Assembly: GCA_018062825.1 (NCBI GenBank)
Contig: JAGORL010000002.1
Span: 1,629-65,628, forward strand
Origin: Patescibacteria group bacterium
GTDB taxonomy: Bacteria > Patescibacteriota > Patescibacteriia > UBA9934
Reading direction: 5' to 3'
DNA: 64,000 nucleotides
The position numbers were made by a program, and so were the translations under genes. The notes under the pieces are model-generated. The model did not search any database, was not told the origin of the DNA, and worked only from the letters and a program-made list of their open reading frames with translations. Shown one piece after another: positions 45,849 to 56,345 of this stretch. Positions within the stretch are counted from its first letter, which is position 1; each line of letters begins with the position of its first letter.

Positions 45849-46877
45849 TTAATCAAGATACTGTCGATTATCAATGTGCTCATCAAACGTCTCGGCGTAA
45901 TACACCTTACCAAGCGGATCCGTTAAAAAGTAAAAATACGGGTTTTCCGCCGGATCAAATACGGCTCGTAAAGCATTCATACCGGGGTTACTAATCGGCC
46001 CAGGTGGCAAACCCGCATTCTGATACGTGTTGTACGGGCTATTAAGTCGTGTTTCTTCAAGGGTGATGGATGGATCTTTACCGCCCGTCACATAATTCAC
46101 CGTAGAATCAGCCTGAAGCGCCATCCCGATCTCAATACGCTTCAAAAAGATATCAGCAACGTCACGCATCTCGTCAGAGCTACGCACTTCCCGCTCAACG
46201 ATAGAAGCAAGTGTAATCGCCTCATGAAGCGTCATCCCGGCAGCATCCCCCTTAGGCTCACCAAGCGCCTCAATGCGACGCTCCATGGTATCGATCATGA
46301 TACCAACAACGTCCTCAGCCTGAGCGGTCACAAAAAACCGATACGTATCAGGGAAAAGGTAGCCCTCAAGATCAACATTCTCCGGTTTATCAGCCCGAAC
46401 AACAAGTGGATGATCCTCATACGCTGAAGTCATGCCAGTAGCAACCTCCCACTCCTCCACTGAAATAGTCGGGATTTTTTCACGCACCACTTCACCAATT
46501 TGAGCAATGGTATAGCCTTCCGGAATCGTAACGCTTACCTCAGCAACGGCACCGGACGGATACATAAGCGCTCCCAAGATATCTGCATAGCGATCACCAG
46601 GAACAAACCAGGTAGTACCCGCTTTAACATCATCTGCAAGGCCAGCAAAACCAGCGGTCATCCGAAACCAAAAGGCGTTCGCAATATATCCCTCCTCATG
46701 CAAGCGCTTAGCAACGCTACGAATAGATTCACCGGAGTCAACAGTAAACGAAACCTCAACCGCATCCTTAGCTGGCTGCTGCCACTTATAGCGATAAAAT
46801 TGCTGCAAAGAAACACCAATGAGTACGGCGCTACAAAGAAGTATCAAGGTAAACAGCTGTCCAAGGCGGCGGAGCAT
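45849..46877 (-). CDS. mltG: endolytic murein transglycosylase MltG (YceG-like)
   Basis: N-terminal TM; LEGYLFPDTY, LASIVEREV, LQADSTVNYV. Confidence 0.85.
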   Translation of the reverse strand: MLRRLGQLFTLILLCSAVLIGVSLQQFYRYKWQQPAKDAVEVSFTVDSGESIRSVAKRLHEEGYIANAFWFRMTAGFAGLADDVKAGTTWFVPGDRYADILGALMYPSGAVAEVSVTIPEGYTIAQIGEVVREKIPTISVEEWEVATGMTSAYEDHPLVVRADKPENVDLEGYLFPDTYRFFVTAQAEDVVGIMIDTMERRIEALGEPKGDAAGMTLHEAITLASIVEREVRSSDEMRDVADIFLKRIEIGMALQADSTVNYVTGGKDPSITLEETRLNSPYNTYQNAGLPPGPISNPGMNALRAVFDPAENPYFYFLTDPLGKVYYAETFDEHIDNRQYLD

Positions 46878-46883
46878 AGTCGT

Positions 46884-47624
46884 TTATCGTTTACGTAAAT
46901 AATCTTCTACGCGAGCAAGTCGTTCATGCGTCCCTGAATCAAACCATGGCTCTGTTGCCGCGTAAAAACCAAGCGGCAAACCACTTGCAGACAACGCCGG
47001 CCAAACATGCGTTTCATTTGAAATTGGCATAGCGTCTGGCACCACGTCCCGGACACGCTTTGTCATCACGTACCAACCGGAAGATACATACACCGTATCA
47101 GCAAGCGCCCGTAATGGCTCGGCATCCTTACGATCAACGTAAGAAACAAGTCGCGTGTGATCACCATTTGGCGCAAGAAGCTCATAGTTAATCGCCGTCT
47201 CGCTCGGAATGCCAATCGCCGCAATCGTTGCTGCTGCCCCAGTCTCTTTATGGCGAGCAAGAAAAGCGGGAACATCAATCCAAAAAAGATTATCAGCGTT
47301 CAGAACCATGAAATCATCAGCAAGATCATCCCAATCAATGAGCTTAGTCCAGCCACCGGTTCCCATCGGTTCCGGTTCATGCAAATACGAAAGCTGCATG
47401 CCAAGCGCTGCTCCATCCCCGAGCGCTTCTTCAATCATGTGACCAAGATGCGCAACCGATAACGCAACCCGCGTAATACCAGCGTCGCGCAGGTGCTCAA
47501 GGACGTATAAAATCATCGCTCTCCCAAGAACGGGCACAAGCGGCTTTGGGAGATTGTCGGTAAGTGGTGCAAGGCGAGTTCCCTTACCACCAGCGAGCAC
47601 AACTGCCTGAATCGGGGTCGACAT
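46884..47624 (-). CDS. sugar-phosphate nucleotidyltransferase (NTP_transferase family)
   Basis: AVVLAGGKGTRLAPLT. Confidence 0.75.
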   Translation of the reverse strand: MSTPIQAVVLAGGKGTRLAPLTDNLPKPLVPVLGRAMILYVLEHLRDAGITRVALSVAHLGHMIEEALGDGAALGMQLSYLHEPEPMGTGGWTKLIDWDDLADDFMVLNADNLFWIDVPAFLARHKETGAAATIAAIGIPSETAINYELLAPNGDHTRLVSYVDRKDAEPLRALADTVYVSSGWYVMTKRVRDVVPDAMPISNETHVWPALSASGLPLGFYAATEPWFDSGTHERLARVEDYLRKR

Positions 47625-47637
47625 ATGAGAAAACCTA

Positions 47638-48150
47638 TCACCCAAGAATGAAAACGTACAGTGCGCTAATAACGGTCCCTAAAAAGAAACCAGCAATGAT
47701 ATCAAAGAGGAAATGAACACCGATAAAAACTCGTGACAAACTAATAAGAATCGCAAAGCTGTAAAGAATAACTCCAGCGACCATCATTACTTCCATTGAT
47801 GGAAAAACTGGCAAGAACGTAAGTGCGGTTGCGGCTGCGAAACTCTCGGTCGCATGACCAGACGGAAACGACGGCGTTTCAACCCACATCTCATACGCTT
47901 TTTTATCATAATGCGGTCGGCGTCGATGAATAACCCACTGCACAGCAATCACCCAAAAATAGGCGATCATGACTGGAAAAATAGCGTGATACCACGTAAG
48001 CCAACCAAGAATGACAAGTGCAAGCGCTGCTATCGGATAAATCCAGATAGCTTGCCCGGCCACAAACAACCAGAAAGGTTGAGTGGTTTTAGCACTCGCT
48101 CGCATGCTAGCTGATAGCTTTCTATCAATCGCCCCTAATCGTGCTTTCAT
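47638..48150 (-). CDS. PAP2-family phosphatase (undecaprenyl-diphosphatase-like)
   Basis: Multi-TM; PSGH and SR ... G.H ... D motifs. Confidence 0.7.
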   Translation of the reverse strand: MKARLGAIDRKLSASMRASAKTTQPFWLFVAGQAIWIYPIAALALVILGWLTWYHAIFPVMIAYFWVIAVQWVIHRRRPHYDKKAYEMWVETPSFPSGHATESFAAATALTFLPVFPSMEVMMVAGVILYSFAILISLSRVFIGVHFLFDIIAGFFLGTVISALYVFILG

Positions 48151-48884
48151 ATATTTCGCAACTGTTCAGCGGTTTCATCAACAAGATGCACAAGGGCTTT
48201 TCGAACTTCATGGGCTCGAGCAAGCGATTGTTGTGCCTTAGTAGTTGATAGCAAATTCTTCTGAGAGTATGCACACAGATCAACAACCGGACAAGCAAAG
48301 CATGACGGTGAACGCGCGGTGCATATTTCACGACCAAACGGCACCATAGTCTCATTCACAGTCGCCTGCAGCTCTTCCGGAACGATCGCTAGCAAGTCTT
48401 GCTCAATCGCCTCAGGAGTAATCGCCTTCGACCACCCGAGTCGTGTCACAATCCGAGCAACATGCACATCAACCGCCACAGCCGGCTGAGCAAAAACTGT
48501 GGTCAAAACCACGCTTGCTGTTTTTCTGCCAACGCCCGGCAAGCGTATAAGCTCCGCAAGCGTACCCGGCACCCCTCCCCCAAAGTCATGCACGAGCATT
48601 AGGGCCAGCGCCTTAGCATTCTTGGCCTTTTGCCGAAACATCCCAATCGTTGATAGTCGCGCCTCGATAACAGACAAGTCAGCATTCGCTAATATCTGCG
48701 GCGTAGGAAATTCTCGAAAAAAACCTGGCAATAACTTCAACACCTGCTCATCTTTCGTGCGAGCCGAAAACATGACCGCAAGCAAAACAACAAACGGCGA
48801 ACCAACAGCAAGTGCCCCAGGTTCTGGGTACCGATCACGCAAACGCGCCAAAGCCTCTACTATTTGCTTACCATCACCCACCAT
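48147..48884 (-). CDS. nth: endonuclease III
   Basis: HhH-GPD (LPGVGRKTASVVL) and a C-terminal 4Fe-4S cluster C-x6-C-x2-C-x5-C. Confidence 0.85.
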   Translation of the reverse strand: MVGDGKQIVEALARLRDRYPEPGALAVGSPFVVLLAVMFSARTKDEQVLKLLPGFFREFPTPQILANADLSVIEARLSTIGMFRQKAKNAKALALMLVHDFGGGVPGTLAELIRLPGVGRKTASVVLTTVFAQPAVAVDVHVARIVTRLGWSKAITPEAIEQDLLAIVPEELQATVNETMVPFGREICTARSPSCFACPVVDLCAYSQKNLLSTTKAQQSLARAHEVRKALVHLVDETAEQLRNI

Positions 48885-48886
48885 AC

Positions 48887-49684
48887 TTACTCTTGAGCAA
48901 AGGCATGCTCAAGAAAGCACACGTATTCAATCCGCTCATCTACTTCACGAGCTGTACATGATTCAGCGGCATTAAGCTGATACCCAACACGCTGCCCTTT
49001 ATTGAAAGTGTCGATCTCAAGTCGCCACGCATTCCAAGACGGCAGTAGCGCAAACGGCTCGCCCGTTACAAAAAGTTCATACCCGGTATCGATTGCTGAA
49101 ATATAGTACGGCGCCGTCAGGCCACTGATCGCCGGCATAATCCAAGGCTGACTATCACGCCACGCAAAAATCGAAACCTGCTCAAGTGAAGAGCCAAACA
49201 AGAAAGCAACCTTATCGTCATCAGTACAAACGTAGGCAACACCAACCCCCTCAGAAGCCAGCGCCTCAGCATAGGCATCCTCAAATACCGGGCGATCAAT
49301 GCTTGGAATATACTCATCAAAATACTGGGCGATTCGAGGATCAAATGCATCGCTACCTGTTGCAACACCATTCGCGAGCACCTTGTCAGTTAAAAGACTA
49401 CTGACTGGCAGGCAACGATTCGTTGCGCCACTCTTCGTAAGAAAAGCCAGGCGTTGCAAAAGCGGAGTTGGCACAAACGGATCACGCACTATACGACGCT
49501 CCTCATCTTGAACATCACCTACCTCGGAAAGAAGCGCCTGATCAATCACTGGCTCCACCTGCTGGGTCTTAATAAGCTCATGAGCAGCAACCCCAAGTAG
49601 CACCGCTAAAATAACAGTCAAAATAAGTAACGAGATTGTTATACCGGGAAACGAACGCTTAGCTGGCGGCATGGGGTTATACAT
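48887..49684 (-). CDS. hypothetical membrane-anchored protein
   Basis: N-terminal TM followed by a soluble domain. Confidence 0.45.
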   Translation of the reverse strand: MYNPMPPAKRSFPGITISLLILTVILAVLLGVAAHELIKTQQVEPVIDQALLSEVGDVQDEERRIVRDPFVPTPLLQRLAFLTKSGATNRCLPVSSLLTDKVLANGVATGSDAFDPRIAQYFDEYIPSIDRPVFEDAYAEALASEGVGVAYVCTDDDKVAFLFGSSLEQVSIFAWRDSQPWIMPAISGLTAPYYISAIDTGYELFVTGEPFALLPSWNAWRLEIDTFNKGQRVGYQLNAAESCTAREVDERIEYVCFLEHAFAQE

Positions 49685-49688
49685 AGAA

Positions 49689-51266
49689 CTACATCACGCT
49701 CTCTTTCAAAAATCGCTCAGCCTCAGTCAGCGCCTCCTCAAAGGTGTCGATCTTGCCGTCATCACGCAAGCGCTCGATGTGCTGAATAACCTTACCGACC
49801 CACGGACCAGGATTCCCACCCTTCCCAATATCACGAGCAATGCCAAGCACGTCACGTCCTTGAATTAAACTCGTCTTCGCTTCATGGTCAAGAGCAAATT
49901 TTGCAACAATCTCACGCATGCGTTCACCAGGAAGGTATGTAGCGTGATGAACTCCTGGAATAGTACGACCTCGAAAATCAGACTCGCTCGCCGCCAAAAT
50001 TACCTGTGCTCTTGTTGGCGCTACTTTACGCAACAACTTACGCGTAGCATTAGCGTACGACCTTTCAGTCAAATCACCTTTTTCTAATTGACGAAACAAC
50101 ATCCCAGGCTGCAGGTGCGAGGTGGTTACATGAACCGCGGAATCAACAACTGCGCCAGAAAGTGCCAATCGATCAAAAAATACGCGCGCCGGCTCCTCAC
50201 CTTCCGCTTCATGATTCTTAGAAGTAATGCGGCCATTCTCAAACTTGGTTGTTCCTGGTTTGCCAAAATCATGCACAACGGCACCAAACATCACCGCCAT
50301 CTGCTCATCAGTAGTCAAAACATTTTTCTCGCGTTTAATAATCTTCGCTGCGGCATCTGTCACCATAAGCGTATGAATCCACACATCACCCTCTGGGTGC
50401 CATTCAGGCTCCTGTGGGCAATCAATACACGCTGCTAGTTCCGGCAAATGCTTTTCAACAATCCCAAGTTCACGCATGAGTTCCAATCCAACACTTGGCT
50501 TTTCCGATTTCAACAACAACTTCTTCCATTCTTCAGTAACCCGTTCTTTTGAAAGTTCAGCCAAATCACCACGATCAACCATCTCACGCATCAGATCCAT
50601 CGTTTTTTTCTCAACCGTCAAACCAAAACGCGCAGCAAACTGAATTGCTCGATATACACGAAGTGGATCATCTTGAAAGCGCTCTGCATCAGTAACGCGC
50701 AATAGACGATTTGCAATATCCTCAAGACCACCAAAGCCGTTGAATATCTCACCATTGAGTGGATCAAGCGCCAGCGTATTGATAGTAAAATCACGGCGCC
50801 TCGCCGCCTCCCAAACATCAAGGGCCGGATCACTCTGCACCAAAAAACCCTGATGACCTTTACCAACTTTTGACTCACGGCGCGGCACGGAAACATCAAG
50901 CTCACGCCCATCAGCAAGGGGAACTTTCAAAATACCAAAGGCCTGACCAACGCTATTCACTTTGCCATACAAACGTTCAAGAAGCGGTGCAAGCTCCTGG
51001 GTGGCAACGCCATATACCTCAATATCAGCATCTTTAGGCGAAAGACCAAGAGCTAGATCACGAACATACCCACCAACAATAACGGCCTTAGGATCAACAT
51101 CAAATTTCTCTTCTGGTTCAAAATCAGCAATAGCGTCTGCCAAGCGCATCGAGGCCTCAGTACAAAGCGGATCCCGCTCGCGAGCGCGATCTAAAACATC
51201 CTGCGGCAAGCGAACGATCTCGGGACGCGTTTCATTAGGCATATGCTCACGACGCATTTCAGACAT
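49689..51266 (-). CDS. cca: CCA-adding tRNA nucleotidyltransferase (polymerase head + HD domain)
   Basis: GGYVRDLALG ... DADIEV nucleotidyltransferase motif and an HD domain (HDFGK). Confidence 0.8.
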   Translation of the reverse strand: MSEMRREHMPNETRPEIVRLPQDVLDRARERDPLCTEASMRLADAIADFEPEEKFDVDPKAVIVGGYVRDLALGLSPKDADIEVYGVATQELAPLLERLYGKVNSVGQAFGILKVPLADGRELDVSVPRRESKVGKGHQGFLVQSDPALDVWEAARRRDFTINTLALDPLNGEIFNGFGGLEDIANRLLRVTDAERFQDDPLRVYRAIQFAARFGLTVEKKTMDLMREMVDRGDLAELSKERVTEEWKKLLLKSEKPSVGLELMRELGIVEKHLPELAACIDCPQEPEWHPEGDVWIHTLMVTDAAAKIIKREKNVLTTDEQMAVMFGAVVHDFGKPGTTKFENGRITSKNHEAEGEEPARVFFDRLALSGAVVDSAVHVTTSHLQPGMLFRQLEKGDLTERSYANATRKLLRKVAPTRAQVILAASESDFRGRTIPGVHHATYLPGERMREIVAKFALDHEAKTSLIQGRDVLGIARDIGKGGNPGPWVGKVIQHIERLRDDGKIDTFEEALTEAERFLKESVM

Positions 51267-51270
51267 AGGT

Positions 51271-52902
51271 TTACGGTAAGAGTGGTGAACCAGTCATCTC
51301 TGGTGGCTGATCAATATTGAGAAGCGCCAAAAATGTGGGAGCTACATCAGCTAGCATACCAATAGGTGGCAACAGTGAGAGGTCACCATCCGGAACATCA
51401 CCTGAAATTCCCGCCTTGCCCTCAAATTGTTTACCAATGATAAAGAACGGAACAGGATTTGTACTGTGCTCTTTATCAATATCGCCCGTCACGAGGTTCT
51501 TCACCTCTTCAGCGTTACCGTGATCAGCAGTAATGCAAACCACCCCATCTTCAGCAAGTACCGCATTCACGATCTTGCCAACGCATTCATCAATCACCTC
51601 AACAGCCTTCACCGTGGCATCAAAATTTCCTGTATGACCAACCATGTCAGGGTTAGCAAAATTCATGATGATCACATCGTAATTACCCGTTGACACCTCC
51701 TTAACAACGCGCTCAGTGATCTTGTACGCACTCATCTCCGGCACAGTGTCATATGAGGCAACGTGAGGAGACGGGATAAGCGCCCGATCTTCATGCGGGA
51801 ACGGCTCTTCACGGGTTCCGTTAAAAAAGAAGGTAACGTGCGCATACTTCTCCGTCTCTGCAACGTGCAGCTGTACAAGTCCGGCCTTTGAAACAACTTC
51901 AGAAAGCGTGTTCGTTAACTTCTCAGGAGGAAAAGCGACATCAACCGGCAAACTCTTTTCATACTCAGTAAGCGTAACCACATGAACTCCCTGCAAATAC
52001 GTGCGCTCAAACTTATCAAAGTTCGGCACAGCAAAAGCCTGCGTAAGTTCACGCGCGCGATCAGCGCGATAGTTAAAGAAAATAATAGCGTCACCCTCTT
52101 TGACGGTCGCAACCGGCACACCACGCTTTGTTATCACGGTCGGTGGAAACTCTTCGTCGTACACCTCTTTGCCGTACGACTCCTGAAGCGCTGCAATGGC
52201 ATTCTCTGCCGTATGTTCGGCCTTGCCAAGAACAATAGCGTTATACGCTTTCTCAACTCGATCCCAACGGTTATCACGATCCATGGCAAAAAATCGCCCA
52301 GACAAAGAAGCGAGCGTGCCGACACCAAGCTTTTTCAAACGAGCCTCAAGCTCCTCAATAAAACCAACGCCCGAGTTATACAACGTGTCACGACCATCAA
52401 GAATAGCGTGCACCGCCACATCCTTCACACCAAGCGCCTTAATCGCTTCAAGAGTCGCGTAAGCGTGCTCGTTGAAACTATGCACCTTACCTGAAGACAT
52501 GAGGCCAACAAGATGCACCTTGCCTTTAGACTTCTTCACCTGGTCGGCAACGCGTTGAAATGAAGGAATCTGGGCAAACGAACCATCGGCTACCGACTTA
52601 TTAATGCGTGGCAGTGTTTGGTAATACACGCGACCAGCGCCGACCGCCAAGTGACCAACCTCAGAGTTTCCCATTTCACCCCAAGACAAACCAACCTCTT
52701 CACTAGAGGCGCGCAGCGTTACCACCGGATATCGCTCAGTCAACATCTTGAAAACCGGTGTTTGTGCTCGAGTAACTGCATTTCCATCATTATCCGGAGC
52801 TACTCCAAGACCATCAATCATCATGAGTACTGCCGGACGTGGTCGTCCCGCTCGTTCAGAACTTGCCATACGGGTCCAAGTATAACAGGTAAGGAGGAAC
52901 AA
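51271..52902 (-). CDS. gpmI: 2,3-bisphosphoglycerate-independent phosphoglycerate mutase
   Basis: Metalloenzyme domain (MMIDGLG, GNSEVGH) with a full-length iPGM. Confidence 0.9.
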   Translation of the reverse strand: MFLLTCYTWTRMASSERAGRPRPAVLMMIDGLGVAPDNDGNAVTRAQTPVFKMLTERYPVVTLRASSEEVGLSWGEMGNSEVGHLAVGAGRVYYQTLPRINKSVADGSFAQIPSFQRVADQVKKSKGKVHLVGLMSSGKVHSFNEHAYATLEAIKALGVKDVAVHAILDGRDTLYNSGVGFIEELEARLKKLGVGTLASLSGRFFAMDRDNRWDRVEKAYNAIVLGKAEHTAENAIAALQESYGKEVYDEEFPPTVITKRGVPVATVKEGDAIIFFNYRADRARELTQAFAVPNFDKFERTYLQGVHVVTLTEYEKSLPVDVAFPPEKLTNTLSEVVSKAGLVQLHVAETEKYAHVTFFFNGTREEPFPHEDRALIPSPHVASYDTVPEMSAYKITERVVKEVSTGNYDVIIMNFANPDMVGHTGNFDATVKAVEVIDECVGKIVNAVLAEDGVVCITADHGNAEEVKNLVTGDIDKEHSTNPVPFFIIGKQFEGKAGISGDVPDGDLSLLPPIGMLADVAPTFLALLNIDQPPEMTGSPLLP

Positions 52903-52949
52903 AAAAGAGCACGCGGCCTCGGCCGGTGCTCTTTTCTGTATAAAAACGT

Positions 52950-53267
52950 CTAGTCTCTAACTGCGATCTCAAGGCCTGCGTGCGTATCAATGTAGACAAC
53001 ATCCGTAATCTTTACGAGTCCTAGGAACGATTGACGCTCATTAATACTCGCAAGTGATCGCAAGCGAACAATTTCGGCACTCAGCTTATCGTTCTCCATG
53101 CGCAACTCCCGGCTGCGAGATTCAAGATCTCGTAACACAAAGCCGCTCGTGGAAGCCGTATTAACCTGCGCCACGTAAGAAATACCAAGAACAATCGTAA
53201 AGACCCCGAGCATAATCTGCCCTAGTGCGATCATTTTCGTATACTTCTCCTCCTTATACGCGATCAT
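52950..53267 (-). CDS. FtsL-like small membrane/coiled-coil protein
   Basis: One TM followed by a coiled coil; sits downstream of rsmH as in dcw clusters. The start is uncertain. Confidence 0.45.
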   Translation of the reverse strand: MIAYKEEKYTKMIALGQIMLGVFTIVLGISYVAQVNTASTSGFVLRDLESRSRELRMENDKLSAEIVRLRSLASINERQSFLGLVKITDVVYIDTHAGLEIAVRD

Positions 53268-53274
53268 AGCCTCC

Positions 53275-54138
53275 TTATATTTTGGTAGCGATTCGTAGCT
53301 TTGCACTGCGTGAACGCGGATTAGCAACTATCTCTTCACGGGTGGCCGTCATTGGCCGCTTGGTTACAATCGATAGTCCTTTCTCACCTTTCATGAACAA
53401 CTTTACTAACCGATCCTCAAGCGAGTGAAACGTGATGACTACTAATCGACCGCCAGGCTTCAAAAGCGCCACCGCCGAACGAAGTCCACGCTCTACCTCA
53501 CCAAGTTCGTCGTTCACAACGATCCGAAGTGCCTGGAATGTACGAGTTGCCGGATGCGCTTTGCCCACGCGACGCACATGCGCCTCGATAAGTTCAGCGA
53601 GTTCACTGGTGCGAGTAAATTTCTTCACTCGGCGCGCCGTCATGATCGCAACCGCAATCTTCATTGCCCACGGCTCTTCACCGTATTTGCGCAGCATCCA
53701 TGCTAAGTCATCCTTAGACCAACTGTTAACAACCATTGCGGCCGTTAATTCCTGACGGGTGTCGTACCGCATATCAAGCGGCCCATCATGCATGAAGCTA
53801 AATCCTCGTTCAGGATCATCAACGTGCACTGATGAGAAACCAAGATCCATGAGCACGCCATCAAGCGGTGGTACGCCGTATGCTTCCATGCTGGCAAACG
53901 AATCGTTTACCAACCGAACACGATCTCCAAATGGCGCGAGGTGTTCACGAGCAAGCGCCAAATTACGCTCATCTCGATCAAAACCGATCACCATTCCTTG
54001 CGGCGCTGTCTTTTCAAGGATCAAGCCGGCATGGCCTCCAAGGCCAACGGTGCCATCAAGAATCACTGCACCAGGTTGCAGAGCCAAACCCTCCAATACT
54101 TCCGCCGCTAAAACAGGCTTGTGCTCAAATCGCGTCAT
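53275..54138 (-). CDS. rsmH: 16S rRNA (cytosine1402-N4)-methyltransferase
   Basis: HKPVL, DGTVGLGGH, and the 4-nt overlap with mraZ typical of the dcw cluster. Confidence 0.9.
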   Translation of the reverse strand: MTRFEHKPVLAAEVLEGLALQPGAVILDGTVGLGGHAGLILEKTAPQGMVIGFDRDERNLALAREHLAPFGDRVRLVNDSFASMEAYGVPPLDGVLMDLGFSSVHVDDPERGFSFMHDGPLDMRYDTRQELTAAMVVNSWSKDDLAWMLRKYGEEPWAMKIAVAIMTARRVKKFTRTSELAELIEAHVRRVGKAHPATRTFQALRIVVNDELGEVERGLRSAVALLKPGGRLVVITFHSLEDRLVKLFMKGEKGLSIVTKRPMTATREEIVANPRSRSAKLRIATKI

Positions 54139-54566
54139 ATCCCAATGCCTCCTAACTGTTCAGCAATAGCTATCGCATCTGCCTCAGTTTGTAAAGCATA
54201 TGCCTGCCATCGCTCCTTATCCCAAATTTCTAAACGATTCTGAATACCGACGATGACGGCATCTTTTTTGATGCCAGCAAACGTTCTGAGGTATTCCGGA
54301 ATCACGAATCGCCCCTGCTGATCCAAGCCAACATCCATTGCGCCCGCGAGCATAAAGCGCGCAAACGCCCGGCTATTTGCTTGTCCCAAGGGTAAGTTAG
54401 CGATTTTATCTGCCAACTTCCCCCACTCCTCCAAGGAGAGCAGGAACAACGAAGTTTCAAGCCCTCGCGTCACAACCGCCCCACCCGCGAGAGCTGCACG
54501 AAACTTCACTGGGACCGCGATGCGGCCCTTGTCGTCGATGGACAAGTTGTACTCGCCAATGAACAT
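54135..54566 (-). CDS. mraZ: division/cell-wall cluster transcriptional regulator MraZ
   Basis: MFIGEYNLSIDDKGRIAVP and a second copy of the motif (DQQGRFVIP). Start set at MFIGEY. Confidence 0.85.
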   Translation of the reverse strand: MFIGEYNLSIDDKGRIAVPVKFRAALAGGAVVTRGLETSLFLLSLEEWGKLADKIANLPLGQANSRAFARFMLAGAMDVGLDQQGRFVIPEYLRTFAGIKKDAVIVGIQNRLEIWDKERWQAYALQTEADAIAIAEQLGGIGI

Positions 54567-54703
54567 GACGGTTGTGGTTATTCCGCCACGAGCCATTGCC
54601 CCAAACATTGGCAGTGGTTCACGGCGGGGGAAGTATTCCAAAAGGGGGACATTGCGCAGATAACGCAATTCGGGCACCCCCATAAGTGCTTACAGGCATT
54701 CTA

Positions 54704-54732
54704 CTTCCCCACTTCTCCCCACGCAACCCCAC
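54704..54732 (-). promoter_or_regulatory. three direct GTGGGG repeats at 10-bp periodicity (candidate MraZ boxes) within a G-rich mraZ leader
   Basis: Minus strand reads GTGGGGTTGC GTGGGGAGAA GTGGGGAAG. Confidence 0.5.
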
Positions 54733-54800
54733 AAACAACCACTTATACACATCTAATGCCGCCCCTTCCCCCTTTCCGCCTTTCCACCTACACTCTCCAC

Positions 54801-55826
54801 ATGCCTACCTGGTGGCCATTAGTAGTTTTAGGAGGATTCCTGATCACGGCGGTAACCACGCCGCTTTTAGGCATACTTGCTCAAAAAAATGGCCTTCTCG
54901 ATCACCCAGACGGCAAACGCAAACTCCACACCAAACCAGTACCGCTCGTAGGCGGCTACGCTATCGCACTTGGTATTGTCATACCAACGAGCATCATCCT
55001 TTGCGCCAGTGATTACCTGACAAGCGGCGATATCGGACTAAACGAGTACGCAGGTTACGCCGCTGGTGCAAGCATTTTACTTTTTGGAGGCTTCCTAGAC
55101 GACAAGTACAACCTTCGAGCTCGTTATAGCGCCCTCTTTCCAGTAGTAGCCGCGATAGCCGTTGCACTCTTTGGCGTAGGCGTCTCCAAAGTCACCAATC
55201 CACTTGGAGGCGCCTTCATGATCCCAGCCATGATCTCAGCGCTTATTACCTTTGTCTGGGTGCTATGCGTTACCTACACCACCAAACTTCTTGATGGTCT
55301 TGATGGCTTATCAAGTGGCGTCTCGGGCGTCGGTATGCTCGTCATTGCCACGATCGCGCTTTCACCAAGCTTCTTTCAACCCGACGTCGGACTTGTAGCG
55401 CTCATTTGTGCCGCCGCCGTTGGTGGATTCCTGCTCTACAACATCGCACCCGCTCGGGCATATCTTGGTGAAGGCGGGAGCACGCTCCTTGGCTTTACCC
55501 TCGGCGTCCTCTCTGTCATCTCCGGTAGCAAATTCGCCACCTTGCTCATGGTCATCGGCGTTCCCGCGCTCGACGTTGCGTTTGTCATGATCCGTCGCAA
55601 ACTCACCGGCGCACCACTCTTCTCCGGTGATCGCCGTCATTTGCATCATTCACTTATCGATCGCGGCTTTTCACCAACCGCCATCGTCAGCATCTATATT
55701 GGCATCGCTGCTCTCTTTGGCGGCATAAGCGTGTTCCTCCCCAGTATTGCCAAAGTAGTAGCGCTTTTTCTGGTATCGTTAGTAGCAATCGGTTTAACGA
55801 TCTATAGCTCTCGATCACGTGTATGA
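54801..55826 (+). CDS. WecA/TagO/MraY-family (GT4) polyprenyl-phosphate HexNAc-1-phosphate transferase
   Basis: LLDHPDGKRKLH ... PLVGG and the FLDDKYNL DD motif; about 10 TM segments. Start set at MPTWWPL because the longer ORF reads through a C-rich repeat. Confidence 0.75.
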   Translation: MPTWWPLVVLGGFLITAVTTPLLGILAQKNGLLDHPDGKRKLHTKPVPLVGGYAIALGIVIPTSIILCASDYLTSGDIGLNEYAGYAAGASILLFGGFLDDKYNLRARYSALFPVVAAIAVALFGVGVSKVTNPLGGAFMIPAMISALITFVWVLCVTYTTKLLDGLDGLSSGVSGVGMLVIATIALSPSFFQPDVGLVALICAAAVGGFLLYNIAPARAYLGEGGSTLLGFTLGVLSVISGSKFATLLMVIGVPALDVAFVMIRRKLTGAPLFSGDRRHLHHSLIDRGFSPTAIVSIYIGIAALFGGISVFLPSIAKVVALFLVSLVAIGLTIYSSRSRV

Positions 55827-56311
55827 AAGATTCTCCACTAGCCTACTTTCTTGTTGGGATGGCCTGTACCATCGCTATTGTGAACTGGGTAATTGCTCCC
55901 CGGATTACCTCTCTATTTCCCAAACAAGTAGCCAGCTTTGAAGCCGGATCGGTCAAAGTAAATGATACGGATTACGCTGTCCTCATTGCCGAAACCAATC
56001 TCCAGCAGTCCCAAGGCTTATCAGGGCAATCACTAGGTACATTTGAATATGAAGGCATGTATTTCGACTTCGACACCACTGAGGAACGAACCTTCTGGAT
56101 GAAAGACATGCTCTTTGCCCTTGATATCTTCTGGATCCGTGATGGCGTAATCGTAAAGCATGAAGCCAATATTCAAATCCCACAAGAAGGCGAAGAACCA
56201 CGCACTATGGTGTCAGATCCAGAAGCCACCGACGCCGTCCTAGAAATGCCAGCAGGCTCCGCGGAAAGACTAGATATCAACGTAGGCGATACCGTGGTGA
56301 GAAATTTTTAG
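55823..56311 (+). CDS. DUF192-domain protein
   Basis: N-terminal TM; MLFALDIFWIRDGVIV core. The stop TAG is followed by GGGGGTAGGAAG. Confidence 0.6.
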   Translation: MKDSPLAYFLVGMACTIAIVNWVIAPRITSLFPKQVASFEAGSVKVNDTDYAVLIAETNLQQSQGLSGQSLGTFEYEGMYFDFDTTEERTFWMKDMLFALDIFWIRDGVIVKHEANIQIPQEGEEPRTMVSDPEATDAVLEMPAGSAERLDINVGDTVVRNF

Positions 56312-56345
56312 GGGGTAGGAAGTAAAAAGTAGGCACCAGTACAAA

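Noticed and set aside
54756-54800. N-terminal extension [15 protein letters not shown] of the WecA/MraY-like ORF, and the 40-aa N-terminal extension of MraZ
   Set aside because: Both extensions read through the C-rich/G-rich repeat tract in the divergent intergenic region. Conserved protein starts (MPTWWPL...; MFIGEY...) lie downstream.
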